IMG/VR virus record: IMGVR_UViG_3300031867_000013 | Span: 32,001-96,000 of that record | Length of the DNA stretch: 64,000 bases | Direction: 5' to 3' (one strand) | From: a virus | Taxonomy: Duplodnaviria > Caudoviricetes | In this document: in pieces, positions 18,388 to 28,145 of the stretch | Layout: each line of letters starts with the position of its first letter | How positions within the stretch are numbered: position 1 is the stretch's first letter | The notes under the pieces: model-generated | What the model was told of the DNA's origin: nothing | The model's input: the letters and a program-made list of their open reading frames with translations, nothing else | The model's database searches: none | Position numbers and translations under genes: made by a program

Positions 18388-18475
18388 AGTCAAAAGAAAG
18401 GAGATGTTGAATGTCAATCTTTTTCATTGACAAGCATATTATATCACAAAATTTTACGTTTGTCAATAGGAAAAA

Positions 18476-18658
18476 TTAATTCTGTTTAAACATTTTTTCA
18501 ATTTCCTCTGAACTTGCCAAATATGTTATACATTCTCCACATTTTTGATTATATTCTCTATAAAATTTTTTAATTTCTTTCTTTTTACGCTCTCTTGCAC
18601 GTTTACTATAAAACATAGAACTTGTATTTACTCCTGCACATTTACCTGTATATTTCAT
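18476..18658 (-). CDS. Hypothetical protein
   Basis: ORF with AGGAGAG RBS. Confidence 0.5.
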   Translation of the reverse strand: MKYTGKCAGVNTSSMFYSKRARERKKKEIKKFYREYNQKCGECITYLASSEEIEKMFKQN

Positions 18659-18673
18659 TTTTATCTCTCCTAA

Positions 18674-19084
18674 TCAAAAAGCATTATCATAACATATTTC
18701 ATGTGTTTTCTCATAAGATAAATTTGGATTAAATATAAATTTAAAATTATATCCTTGTGTATTCAAATATAATATTTTTCTCAAAATTGTTTTTAAATAT
18801 CCAAATGCTGTTGATTGTCTTGTATTTAATAATTCTTGTAACATTGTTGCATTATGAATAATATTTATATCTCCTGTATATTTATTCAACTCACAAAGTT
18901 TAAAAAACCTATACAATTCATTTAAAACAAATATTGTTTTATTATATTTAAATTTTGCTTGTGAAGATATAATTCTTTTACAAACACTTTCATTATATTT
19001 CAATTCCAGAAAGTATGTAAAAATAAATCTAGAACCTCTTTTTATATCACTTTCAAAATGTAAATAAATATTTTTCATATTCAT
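18674..19084 (-). CDS. Hypothetical protein
   Basis: ORF with AGGAG RBS. Confidence 0.55.
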   Translation of the reverse strand: MNMKNIYLHFESDIKRGSRFIFTYFLELKYNESVCKRIISSQAKFKYNKTIFVLNELYRFFKLCELNKYTGDINIIHNATMLQELLNTRQSTAFGYLKTILRKILYLNTQGYNFKFIFNPNLSYEKTHEICYDNAF

Positions 19085-19182
19085 TACTCCTAAATAATTT
19101 TTGTATATATTATATTACATTTTTATCTTTTTTGAAATAGCAAAAAAGTCCTATTTATTTTCCAAACACCTTTTCGATTTCC

Positions 19183-19250
19183 TACATATTTATACATATT
19201 TATACATATTTATATTTTAAATACTTATTAAATACTTATTAAATACTTAG
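19183..19250. repeat. Short tandem repeats (TACATATTTA x3; AAATACTTATT x3) in the AT-rich divergent intergenic region
   Basis: Directly visible direct repeats. Confidence 0.6.
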
Positions 19251-19512
19251 ATAAATATAAGATAATAAAATATAAAAACAATATATAACACAAGCATATT
19301 TATATGCTTGTCAGTTATATTATAATAAAGAGTATTTAATATATCTTTCTTAATATTATAGAATATTATTATTATTATTTATTATTACTTATGTATAAAT
19401 ATGTTATATAGGGTAGCACACAAAATTTAATTTGTCAATAGGAAAAAAGTCCTATTTTTAATAAACCAAAAGTCTTATTTTTAATTATTTTCAAAAAGTA
19501 ATAAAAAATATG

Positions 19513-19541
19513 TTGACAAATATAAAATTTTGTGGTATAAT
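19513..19541 (+). promoter_or_regulatory. sigma-A promoter for the plus-strand gene block
   Basis: TTGACA-N17-TATAAT with extended -10 TG. Confidence 0.75.
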
Positions 19542-19633
19542 ACAAACAATTATAGATATTCTCTCCAAAAATTACAGTTTTAATGCATTATATGGAGAAA
19601 ATATATAGATTTTGAAGAAAGGAGGAATCCTTC

Positions 19634-20155
19634 TTGAAACCTGTTATATCAAGCAAAAATACAAAAGGAATGGTAAATTTTACAAAATCTATGGTTCATA
19701 GTATAGCAAATATAGCTTCTGTATCTCCAAGAAGTTTAGCTTTATTTTTAGCTTTATGTTCTTATGCTGATGACAATGGTTCATTAATTACAGACAATAA
19801 AACATTAGCACATTTAGTTAAAACAGAAACAAGAAAAATTGATTATTGTTTAAGAACACTACAGGAACATGGATTAATAGAAATACATAATGTAAATATT
19901 AAATATAATCACGATATATTTGGTAAAATACATGATAAACAAAATTATTATAAAACTAATAAACAAGAATGGAATATTACAGGAGATAGATATTTAACTA
20001 CAATAACTATTAGTGGTACATATAAAAGAATTTATCTTAATAAAGAATATGTTTCTTTTGCTAATGGTTATTATAATACATTATTATTATATGTTAAAAA
20101 TAATTTATACTATGATACAAGATTATCAGACAATCAAATTATTGAAGAAAGGTGA
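19634..20155 (+). CDS. RepL-like winged-helix DNA-binding protein
   Basis: 'LFLALCSYADDNGSLITDNKTLAHLV..ETRKIDYCLRTLQEHGLI'; AAGGAGG RBS, TTG start. Confidence 0.5.
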   Translation: MKPVISSKNTKGMVNFTKSMVHSIANIASVSPRSLALFLALCSYADDNGSLITDNKTLAHLVKTETRKIDYCLRTLQEHGLIEIHNVNIKYNHDIFGKIHDKQNYYKTNKQEWNITGDRYLTTITISGTYKRIYLNKEYVSFANGYYNTLLLYVKNNLYYDTRLSDNQIIEER

Positions 20156-20160
20156 GAATT

Positions 20161-20334
20161 ATGGAAGTACAAAATGCAAACTTAAATATTCGTATTCCTC
20201 TTAAACTTAGGGAGAGATTTGTAGAAGTAGCAAACAATAATGGTTTAACACATTCTGTTGTTTTGCGTACAATGGTAGCAGAATATGTAAGAGCAAATGG
20301 AAAACTAGAAATATTTAAACATATTGGTAAATAA
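20161..20334 (+). CDS. Ribbon-helix-helix DNA-binding protein
   Basis: 'NLNIRIPLKLRERF...NGLTHSVVLR'. Confidence 0.65.
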   Translation: MEVQNANLNIRIPLKLRERFVEVANNNGLTHSVVLRTMVAEYVRANGKLEIFKHIGK

Positions 20335-20359
20335 TTATAAGTAAATAAAGGGTGATTTC

Positions 20360-21157
20360 ATGTTAAATAAAGAGCAAATAGCTTCTGAAAAACTTAACAG
20401 TCACTTATTTACACATCGTATTAGTGCAGATAAAGCATTTATTGTTGTTCTATCTGATATACATGAAGGAATAAATCATAGAGCCTATTTTAAATCTATT
20501 ATTGATTTTATTTTAACAATTCCTAATTGTTATGTCATTATAGGTGGAGATTCTATAAATGCTTCTATTAGAGGTTCTAAAGGAAATACTACAGAAGAAT
20601 GGTCTAGTGGTGATAAACAAATATATGACCTTGTAGATGACTTAAAACCATTAGTAGATGATAATAGAATTATAGCAATAGGTGAAGATGGTAATCATAA
20701 TGATAGAATTTATAATGATGCTTATATTTCTGTAAATAAAATGATTGCAATACTATTAGGTATTCGTGAAAAATATACAGGTAATATGTGTATTGGTATG
20801 ATAAATGTAAATAAGTGTTGTTATACTTTAAGTATTATACATAAGAATAGAAAGACAAATAATTATTATGAATATCAAAGAGTAGATTTATTAATTAAAG
20901 AACATTGGCATGATTTAAAATATGAATGTAAAGCTGTATTTGATTTTAATAAAACAGCTAAAACAATTTCTCTTGTGCCAACATATGAAATTTATAATGG
21001 TTCTTTCTTAAATCTTCCCGATTATGGAATGAAAGCAGGATATAGACCTCAATTCATGGGTACATATTTTATTGAATTAAGTGGTAAAGACCGTAATATT
21101 TCTATTTGGGAAGATAATAAACTTTATATGGCGATAAAAGGTGGATATAAGGTATGA
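20360..21157 (+). CDS. Calcineurin-like metallophosphoesterase
   Basis: 'SDIHEG', 'GGD', 'GNHN', 'HWH' motifs. Confidence 0.75.
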   Translation: MLNKEQIASEKLNSHLFTHRISADKAFIVVLSDIHEGINHRAYFKSIIDFILTIPNCYVIIGGDSINASIRGSKGNTTEEWSSGDKQIYDLVDDLKPLVDDNRIIAIGEDGNHNDRIYNDAYISVNKMIAILLGIREKYTGNMCIGMINVNKCCYTLSIIHKNRKTNNYYEYQRVDLLIKEHWHDLKYECKAVFDFNKTAKTISLVPTYEIYNGSFLNLPDYGMKAGYRPQFMGTYFIELSGKDRNISIWEDNKLYMAIKGGYKV

Positions 21158-21582
21158 AAAATAAACCTATTGAGTATTTTCAGAATGATAAAGAATTTCA
21201 AAAATGTGCAAAAGAATGGCAACATAAACTTTTCTTAGATGATTGGTTTATTAAATTTGAACTTATAGAACAAGAAATATATGCTGATGATAAAGAATCA
21301 AAACTATATGGATATTGTCAAAGAATATGGGAAAATCACGAAGCAGTTATACGTATTTCTCATGTTAAAGGAACAAATGGTATAGTAACTAAAGGTATTG
21401 AAGAATTAACTTTAATACATGAATTATTACATTGTAAACTATTTCCATTAGAAGTAGATGAAGAACATGCTTCTTATGAAGCATCATCTTTGGAATTACA
21501 AAATCATATTCATATTGAACAACTTTCTAAATCTTTACTCATGGCAAAATATAATCTTGACTATAATTATTTTATGAGTTAA
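21154..21582 (+). CDS. HExxH metallopeptidase-like protein
   Basis: 'TLIHELLH'. Confidence 0.55.
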   Translation: MKNKPIEYFQNDKEFQKCAKEWQHKLFLDDWFIKFELIEQEIYADDKESKLYGYCQRIWENHEAVIRISHVKGTNGIVTKGIEELTLIHELLHCKLFPLEVDEEHASYEASSLELQNHIHIEQLSKSLLMAKYNLDYNYFMS

Positions 21583-21595
21583 AGGACTGATTTGT

Positions 21596-22276
21596 TTGGC
21601 AAAACGAACAAAAAAGGATGAATTTTCATTAGAAACAAATAAAGACAGAGAACGATTTTATAAGAAAATGGATAAAGACCAATTAGCTTTATTCAATTCT
21701 ATTCAAGACAATATATTTACTTTTTGTGAAGCTAAAGCCGGAACAGGTAAGACCTTAATATCTGTAAATTCTTTATTACATCTATTATTTTTAGGTGAAA
21801 TAAATCATATAATATATTTACAGAAATGTTCTCAAAGATATTTAAATACTGGGTTCCTCCCTGGGACTATTGAAGAAAAAACTGATGCACTATGGACACC
21901 ATTTTATGAAGCTATGGCTACATTAGGTTATCAACCACAAAAAGTAGATAAATTTATTGAACAAGAATCAATTATACTTACTACTGATTTTAATTTACGT
22001 GGTATTAATTTTGAAAAGTGTGGTATTATAATTGATGAAGCAGAAAATCTTGACACAGAAACATTAAAACTTATATTTACTAGATGCCATGATGATTGTC
22101 ATGTAGTTCTTTTAGGAGATAGACTACAAAAAGACAATAAAGGTAATCATAATCAAGACTTTGTAGAATATGGTGATTATCTTGCAAATAGTAGTGTAGG
22201 TAATAAATGTTATTTAACTAAAAATTATAGAGGTAAATTCAGTCAACTTGCAGAAGAATTTAAGGAGGAATTATAA
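21596..22276 (+). CDS. phoH: PhoH-family ATPase
   Basis: 'AGTGKT', 'GFLPGTIEEK', 'LRGINF', 'IIDEAEN', 'GD..QKD'. Confidence 0.9.
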   Translation: MAKRTKKDEFSLETNKDRERFYKKMDKDQLALFNSIQDNIFTFCEAKAGTGKTLISVNSLLHLLFLGEINHIIYLQKCSQRYLNTGFLPGTIEEKTDALWTPFYEAMATLGYQPQKVDKFIEQESIILTTDFNLRGINFEKCGIIIDEAENLDTETLKLIFTRCHDDCHVVLLGDRLQKDNKGNHNQDFVEYGDYLANSSVGNKCYLTKNYRGKFSQLAEEFKEEL

Positions 22277-22278
22277 TA

Positions 22279-22644
22279 ATGTCAACTTATATTATTTTTT
22301 CAATGGGAGAACCAAAGTATAAAATTAAAGCAGATTTTTATGACGTACATCAACATTTTATGTCATTTTATGATGAAAACGATAATCTTATTTGTTCTAT
22401 CAATGTAGATGAAATTGATTGTGTAGTAGATAAAGAACATATGAATAAACTTGATTTTCTTGAACCTGTAGATGAAGAAGAATGTGATGATTGTAATGAA
22501 ATCGAGTGTGAATATCATCCATCTAATTTTGAAGAACCTAAAAAAGATGAACAAAATAAATTAAAACCAACAGAAAAACAAAAGTCCGAAGTAGATTTTG
22601 ATGAATTATTTAGGCGTGTATTAGGTTTACATGGCGAAAAGTAA
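22279..22644 (+). CDS. Hypothetical acidic protein
   Basis: ORF with AAGGAGG RBS. Confidence 0.55.
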   Translation: MSTYIIFSMGEPKYKIKADFYDVHQHFMSFYDENDNLICSINVDEIDCVVDKEHMNKLDFLEPVDEEECDDCNEIECEYHPSNFEEPKKDEQNKLKPTEKQKSEVDFDELFRRVLGLHGEK

Positions 22645-23212
22645 AGAAACCATAGAATTAGAAAACCTGTTATTTGAGTATAATAAATTTAACGGGTTTT
22701 TCTGTATATTTGAGTGTACAATCGGATTTGGTGGTGGCGGTAGAGTAGATTGTATTTCTATTGACACAAGGAGTTGTATCAGAGCGTTTGAAATTAAGGT
22801 CACTAAATCCGATTTTCACTCTAAACACGGACATAATTTTGTTGGTAATCTTAATTATTATGTTATACCACATAAACTATATAAAGAAGTACAAAATGAA
22901 ATACCAAATGATATTGGTGTTATGTGTCCTAAAAATGGGCAGTTATATATAGTTAAAAGTGCTAAAAAAGTACAATTAAAAGAACCTTTATATAAAATGG
23001 AATTATATATGATTCGCTCTTTATTTCGCGAATATGAAAAATCTATTTATGCGGAAAATAAAGAATTATTAAATTCATATGAACGTGAAAAACGTAGACT
23101 TATGAAAGAACGAGATACTTATTATAGACTTTTACAAACCTTAAACGCAAATATTCGTGAGTATTTAGGATTAAATTATAAAAATTTTAGAAAATGGTTG
23201 CACTCTGATTAA
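22631..23212 (+). CDS. PD-(D/E)XK nuclease-like protein (MmcB-like)
   Basis: 'RVDCISID...AFEIKVTKSDF...NYYVIP'. Confidence 0.65.
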   Translation: MAKSKETIELENLLFEYNKFNGFFCIFECTIGFGGGGRVDCISIDTRSCIRAFEIKVTKSDFHSKHGHNFVGNLNYYVIPHKLYKEVQNEIPNDIGVMCPKNGQLYIVKSAKKVQLKEPLYKMELYMIRSLFREYEKSIYAENKELLNSYEREKRRLMKERDTYYRLLQTLNANIREYLGLNYKNFRKWLHSD

Positions 23213-23242
23213 TTTTGTGGTAATATAAAAAGGAGAATTAAG

Positions 23243-23599
23243 ATGTTCAATTCACAAGCATTTATAAAACTTCATCCCGACGATTTTGATTTTTGTATTC
23301 AACTTTTAGACGCAAAAATGATGAATGTAAATACTAAATTTATCAAGTATAAAATTTTAGTAGATAATTATAAAGAAGCAGAAAAACATAAAAACTTCTT
23401 AAAACAACTTTGGGAAACATTTTCTTTTAAGAATTTTGATTCTTACCATGCTTATCTATGGAACGAACATGAAATGGGAACTTTATATAATAAAAAACAA
23501 CGAATTAAAGCTATGCTTGATTGGTTTGTTGGATTAAAAAGACCTATTTATATTTCGGTAGAAGATTATAAATTTATTCTTGATGAGGAAGATACTTAA
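23243..23599 (+). CDS. Hypothetical protein
   Basis: ORF with AAGGAG RBS. Confidence 0.55.
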   Translation: MFNSQAFIKLHPDDFDFCIQLLDAKMMNVNTKFIKYKILVDNYKEAEKHKNFLKQLWETFSFKNFDSYHAYLWNEHEMGTLYNKKQRIKAMLDWFVGLKRPIYISVEDYKFILDEEDT

Positions 23600-23788
23600 A
23601 TGCTTAAACTTAAAACTAAAGAAGAATATATAGAAGCAATTAAAACAATCAATACAACTCTTTTAAAACTTAAATCCCCTATTGACGCAACAAGAAAAGC
23701 ACAAGGGGATAAATTTGCTAATAGTCTTATTGAACAATTAAAGAATAATAGAAAATATTATATAGAACAATTAGAAAAATTTACTTAA
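23600..23788 (+). CDS. Hypothetical protein
   Basis: Abuts upstream ORF. Confidence 0.5.
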   Translation: MLKLKTKEEYIEAIKTINTTLLKLKSPIDATRKAQGDKFANSLIEQLKNNRKYYIEQLEKFT

Positions 23789-23853
23789 TACACTTTTTCA
23801 TAGGAAAAATGCAAAATTTTTCACATTTTTCATAGGAATAAATGGTGATATAA

Positions 23854-24393
23854 ATGGAAGAATTTATAAATTGGTTAAAGTCTATTGGTTTTGAAGAATT
23901 TAATGATTATTGTAGATTACAAATAAACATTAAAGGTATAAATAAACCTACTTTTTGTTATATAGATAAAAATATTATATATACTAAAGAACAAGTAATA
24001 GATTATATAAATCAAGCTAAATTAAGAGCAATAAAATATAAAATGGGGGAATATACTTTGACAGAAAAAGAATTATTTATGCTTCGTACTTTTATTGAAG
24101 CACTTGGATATGAAAATAAAGATAATGGAATATGGAAACTTCATTTTACTTATAATATGCCAGAAAATACTTATGAAGATTCTGCTATTCTTGATGAAGA
24201 AGATTTGAAGTCTATGACACTTAATGACGCTATGCTACGTGCTATGGATTCTAAAAGGTCTAAAGAAACAGAATTAGAATTTAAGATGAAATATGATACA
24301 GAAATGCCCTTAACTAAAACTGTAGATTTAGATGATTCCGTAAAAGACTTTATTTCAGCAAACAGAAATGCAGATTGTCCTAATTGTCTATAA
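23854..24393 (+). CDS. Hypothetical protein
   Basis: ORF with GGTGA RBS. Confidence 0.55.
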   Translation: MEEFINWLKSIGFEEFNDYCRLQINIKGINKPTFCYIDKNIIYTKEQVIDYINQAKLRAIKYKMGEYTLTEKELFMLRTFIEALGYENKDNGIWKLHFTYNMPENTYEDSAILDEEDLKSMTLNDAMLRAMDSKRSKETELEFKMKYDTEMPLTKTVDLDDSVKDFISANRNADCPNCL

Positions 24394-24409
24394 TAGTTGG
24401 TGATATATT

Positions 24410-24634
24410 ATGTTTATACCACATGAAATTATTATTATAGGTACGATGATACATAATAGAAAACATGATGTAACATATAAAGAAGTACAAGAATATATAA
24501 AACGTAGAGGATTTAATGTAGAATTAGATGAAAATTTTACTACTTTTGAATTTATAAAAACTACAGATAAAGGCTATCATATTGATAATATACCGCCTAT
24601 GAATCCTACAATGGTACAATTTTTAGCACAATAG
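24410..24634 (+). CDS. Hypothetical protein
   Basis: ORF with GGTGA RBS. Confidence 0.5.
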   Translation: MFIPHEIIIIGTMIHNRKHDVTYKEVQEYIKRRGFNVELDENFTTFEFIKTTDKGYHIDNIPPMNPTMVQFLAQ

Positions 24635-24806
24635 AAGGTAAATAACTTTATAAAGGAATGATATAGTTTGGCTCACGCAGAAAATCGTCGTGAACGTGTA
24701 GAATGGCAAAAATATAAAGAAACAGAGAATGAAGAAAGAGATAAATTCTCTAAAAAACGCCATGCACATAATAAAAATAAACGTAAAAACAAAGGAGATT
24801 ATAACA

Positions 24807-25091
24807 ATGAGTGAAAATAATATTAATGATAATCAAAAATTCTTTGAATTTGCAGAGAAACTTAATAATGAAACATTAGAACTTATGAAATTATATGATA
24901 GTGGTATGCCGTCAACTACTAAAAAAGAACTTTTAGAAAAAATTAAATTAAGAATTGATATTTTAAGCCCAATAAAAGAACTTCAATTAAAAGAACAGCA
25001 AATTGCGGCGGCTCAACAATTAACACAAGGGGATTTTATGAAAAATTTTAACCTTAAAGACTTAATAGGCGCATTAAAAGGAAATTCATAA
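24807..25091 (+). CDS. Hypothetical protein
   Basis: Start re-called to the ATG after AAAGGAG. Confidence 0.55.
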   Translation: MSENNINDNQKFFEFAEKLNNETLELMKLYDSGMPSTTKKELLEKIKLRIDILSPIKELQLKEQQIAAAQQLTQGDFMKNFNLKDLIGALKGNS

Positions 25092-25116
25092 TAGAAATAT
25101 ATAAGGACTGATAATT

Positions 25117-25347
25117 ATGATTTTAAGTGGGCGTATTTCTAAAGAAAATGCTAATAAATTAGGATATCAATCTTCATTTTCTTTTCGTCTTGTTGCGGGA
25201 CTAAATAAAAGAAAAGAAGTAGTTATGTGTATCACAAAACAAGACAATAATACACAAGAAACTTATAATTTTATTGTTCCCGATAATATGGTAGATGATT
25301 TATATTTTAATAAAGAACAAATGGAGGAATTACAAAATGATAACTAA
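25117..25347 (+). CDS. Hypothetical protein
   Basis: ORF with AAGGA RBS. Confidence 0.5.
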   Translation: MILSGRISKENANKLGYQSSFSFRLVAGLNKRKEVVMCITKQDNNTQETYNFIVPDNMVDDLYFNKEQMEELQNDN

Positions 25348-25912
25348 TATTCCATTAAATATTAAAAATCCTTATACACATGATTCATATTGTTTTGATT
25401 TACCATTGTTTCCTATTACGTTACTAACAGGGCAGTATAAAACATCTATTATAAATTCCTTACAAAAGCAACATGACCCATATGATAAGATGACTAATTT
25501 TATTGTGTTTGATAATTTTATGTTTAATTCTTCATTAAATAGTAATCGACCAAAAGAAATAAAAAAGCTAATAGAATGTTTACATTCAAATGATATATTT
25601 TTAGTAGATGATATTGATTTATTCTATGACATACATAATAATGCCATAGATATATTTGAAAACGTGCCGAATGATGTACAAATTATATGTTCAGCGCATA
25701 ATTATGATTTTATCTATTATTTCTTAGGCAAAATATTAGATTTACAGCATAATACAGAAGAAAAAACATATGGAGTAACACGTATAAGACAATATAAAAA
25801 TGAAATACGTACTGCTACAATAACAGATATAAATTATAATATAGAACGATATGCAGAAGGACTACAATGGGAATCATATTTAATAGGAGACTATAGCCAT
25901 GCTACAGAATAA
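25337..25912 (+). CDS. Degenerate P-loop ATPase-like protein
   Basis: 'ITLLTGQYKTSII', 'IFLVDDID', 'QIICSAHN'. Confidence 0.4.
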   Translation: MITNIPLNIKNPYTHDSYCFDLPLFPITLLTGQYKTSIINSLQKQHDPYDKMTNFIVFDNFMFNSSLNSNRPKEIKKLIECLHSNDIFLVDDIDLFYDIHNNAIDIFENVPNDVQIICSAHNYDFIYYFLGKILDLQHNTEEKTYGVTRIRQYKNEIRTATITDINYNIERYAEGLQWESYLIGDYSHATE

Positions 25913-26099
25913 AGTATATTTATCTTTATTAGACGTAATAGAATCTATAAAAGATAGTGCGCTACAAGAAGAATTAATGTATCACTATGAAAAAGAAAAG
26001 CGCATACAAAAGAATGAAATAAATAGATTAGAAGATGAAATAGATAATCTAAATGAAGAAATAGATGATTTATATGGTAGACTTGGATATGATGATTGA
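25899..26099 (+). CDS. Hypothetical coiled-coil protein
   Basis: ORF with AGGAG RBS. Confidence 0.5.
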   Translation: MLQNKVYLSLLDVIESIKDSALQEELMYHYEKEKRIQKNEINRLEDEIDNLNEEIDDLYGRLGYDD

Positions 26100-26131
26100 A
26101 TAATATATATAACAGTACATTAAACAGCACA

Positions 26132-26168
26132 TTGGACGGATATATTTTTATCCGTCTATTTTTTTTTA
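26132..26168 (+). terminator. Terminator of plus-strand block
   Basis: GGACGGATA/TATCCGTCT hairpin plus long T run. Confidence 0.75.
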
Positions 26169-26616
26169 TATTTTTATAGTTTTATATTTTTATATGTATA
26201 TACAAAAGGTAATTCAAAATTCTCCAAAAATTTTTCGACACAAAGAGGATATACATATAAGAAGTGAAATATTATTTAGTGTTTTTGAGGCATTTCATTT
26301 AGTATTTTTGGGGTGTATTATTATATGTTTTTGGGATAAATAATGTTCAATATAATAGACATTATAATTTATAGCGCAATAAAATTTATATGGCGCAACA
26401 TAAAGATATAAATACATATATTTAAATAAATTTCGGCAAAAACATAAAGGTGCAGAATTTAATTAAAAATCTATTTGGGCGAAAAAATAAATAAAGAAAA
26501 GAAGATAAGTATATAGATAAAAAATAATATAATATGCTATAATTACATTTTGACATATAGCGTTACATAGGGGTAACTTGAAGTCTGAAAAAATTTGAAC
26601 GACTGGAATAACGTAT

Positions 26617-26772
26617 TGAGAACGATTCTCACTTGAACCCCGCGGAGGTAGTTGAGAATGATGATCAGTTGAGAACGATTCTTAATTGATAATGGATTCT
26701 CATTTGAGAATGGTTTTCATTTGGGAATGATTCGTAATTGATAATACGTTCTCAAATGAGAATGGATTCTCA
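26617..26772. repeat. Array of 8 Fur-box-like palindromes (TGAKAAT-N1-2-ATTCTCA), 17-18 bp period
   Basis: Copies start at 26617, 26653, 26670, 26687, 26705, 26722, 26739, 26757. Confidence 0.75.
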
Positions 26773-26781
26773 ATTAGAACG

Positions 26782-26816
26782 TGCATAAAAATTTATGGTG
26801 TATGAATAAAAATTCA
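26782..26816. promoter_or_regulatory. Tandem ArgR/AhrC-like boxes
   Basis: TGCATAAAAATTTA and TGAATAAAAATTCA, 21 bp apart. Confidence 0.5.
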
Positions 26817-27201
26817 TCACATAAAAGTATGCTTTTTTTGCATAGATTCTTTCATTTTATGCTTTTTTCGTTTTCCTGCATTTTTTCGGCGTTTTCTTTT
26901 TTCGCACATAGCGGAAGGATATTTTCATATATAGCCATAAAACGCGCAGAAAAGCCCCTAGAAACGACTAAAACATCTTGCCCTATAGTTTATACTTAAA
27001 AAATGCTTTAATGGCTTAGAGGTGATCCCAGCGAGTTTAGAAGGAATTTAGATATTTATATAGGACTTTATACTCTACAAAAAAATTTCATAGGACTTTC
27101 GGGCAAAAATGAGAAAAAGATATTGCAAATATATTGTCCCTCTGATATACTTAACATGATCAGAAAATCACACAACAAAACAGCGAAGGGAGGCGAAAAT
27201 A

Positions 27202-27348
27202 ATGGCGTTCAGACATTCTTTCAGCGTTGGATTTATGGCAAGGCAAAACAAGCCTGACATGGTAACAAAGAAAACTCTTGTACACTTCGCAAGCGTACCA
27301 GCAAAAGCAGGACGGACGGCGAAAAAAGCAGACAAGGCGAAGAAGTAA
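27202..27348 (+). CDS. Small basic hypothetical protein (48 aa)
   Basis: GGGAGG RBS; MAFRHSFSVGFMARQ...KKADKAKK; below track cutoff. Confidence 0.45.
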   Translation: MAFRHSFSVGFMARQNKPDMVTKKTLVHFASVPAKAGRTAKKADKAKK

Positions 27349-27408
27349 AAAAGGGCAAAGGGAAGGGCTAATAAGCCCTTCCCGATAATAAAAGAGGAGA
27401 TATATATT

Positions 27409-27528
27409 ATGTGGTACGTATTTTTTAAGGAAGATTCTTGGGAATGTGGATGGAGTGTTAAGAGCAGGGAAGAAGCAGAACGTTATTGTAATGCTAATCC
27501 AGATTATTGCTTCGTATATGTAGGATAG
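27409..27528 (+). CDS. Small hypothetical protein (39 aa)
   Basis: AGAGGAG RBS; MWYVFFKEDSWECGW... Confidence 0.45.
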   Translation: MWYVFFKEDSWECGWSVKSREEAERYCNANPDYCFVYVG

Positions 27529-27542
27529 AGGAGGTTTACAAA

Positions 27543-27809
27543 ATGAAGGTTTATAACATGACAAGTAATAGCACAGGGCGCAAAGTGGCAAATCAGTTTA
27601 TTATCGAGCATGAAGGAAAGGTTTATTTCCAAAGCTACAACACCATTATTGCAATGAAACAAGCAGGGAAAATAATTATTGATACTAACGCCGAAAATTA
27701 TTCTAAAACGACCAGCAAATATCTATATCAATTCTTGAATACTGACAGAAAAAGCCTTTTGCAAGCAGTAAAAGATGGGCGAATTGCACGGGCAGACCTT
27801 AACGCATGA
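27543..27809 (+). CDS. Conserved-looking phage early protein
   Basis: AGGAGG RBS; 'VANQFII...YFQSYNTIIA...YSKTTSKY'. Confidence 0.6.
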   Translation: MKVYNMTSNSTGRKVANQFIIEHEGKVYFQSYNTIIAMKQAGKIIIDTNAENYSKTTSKYLYQFLNTDRKSLLQAVKDGRIARADLNA

Positions 27810-27872
27810 GACAATAGCACAAGGGCGGGGCGAATGTTCCCTGCCCTATAAATTCAAAGGGAGGATTTAAAA

Positions 27873-28145
27873 ATGAAAATGTTTAATGTAACATTCAATA
27901 AAACGGGCGAATATGGCGATATGTATGAGGAAAGCAACGAGGCAGTTTTTCTTGCTGATAATATCGAGGATATTGTCGAATACTTGAAAAAAACTTATCT
28001 TCCCAACGGAGAGCAGAAAACGCTTGAAGAAATGATTATTTTGTCTCACGATGTAGAGGATTTTTCCCCATATGTTATCCATGAAATATTAGTCTATGAG
28101 ATTAATATTAAGCCGATAACAGATAAAATTAGTTATTTGGGATAG
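27873..28145 (+). CDS. Acidic hypothetical protein
   Basis: GGGAGG RBS. Confidence 0.55.
   Translation: MKMFNVTFNKTGEYGDMYEESNEAVFLADNIEDIVEYLKKTYLPNGEQKTLEEMIILSHDVEDFSPYVIHEILVYEINIKPITDKISYLG

Noticed and set aside
26617-26772. Possible CRISPR or mini-array
   Set aside because: Units abut with 2-bp linkers and no unique spacers; no cas operon (the Cas4-like gene is a typical replication-module nuclease)
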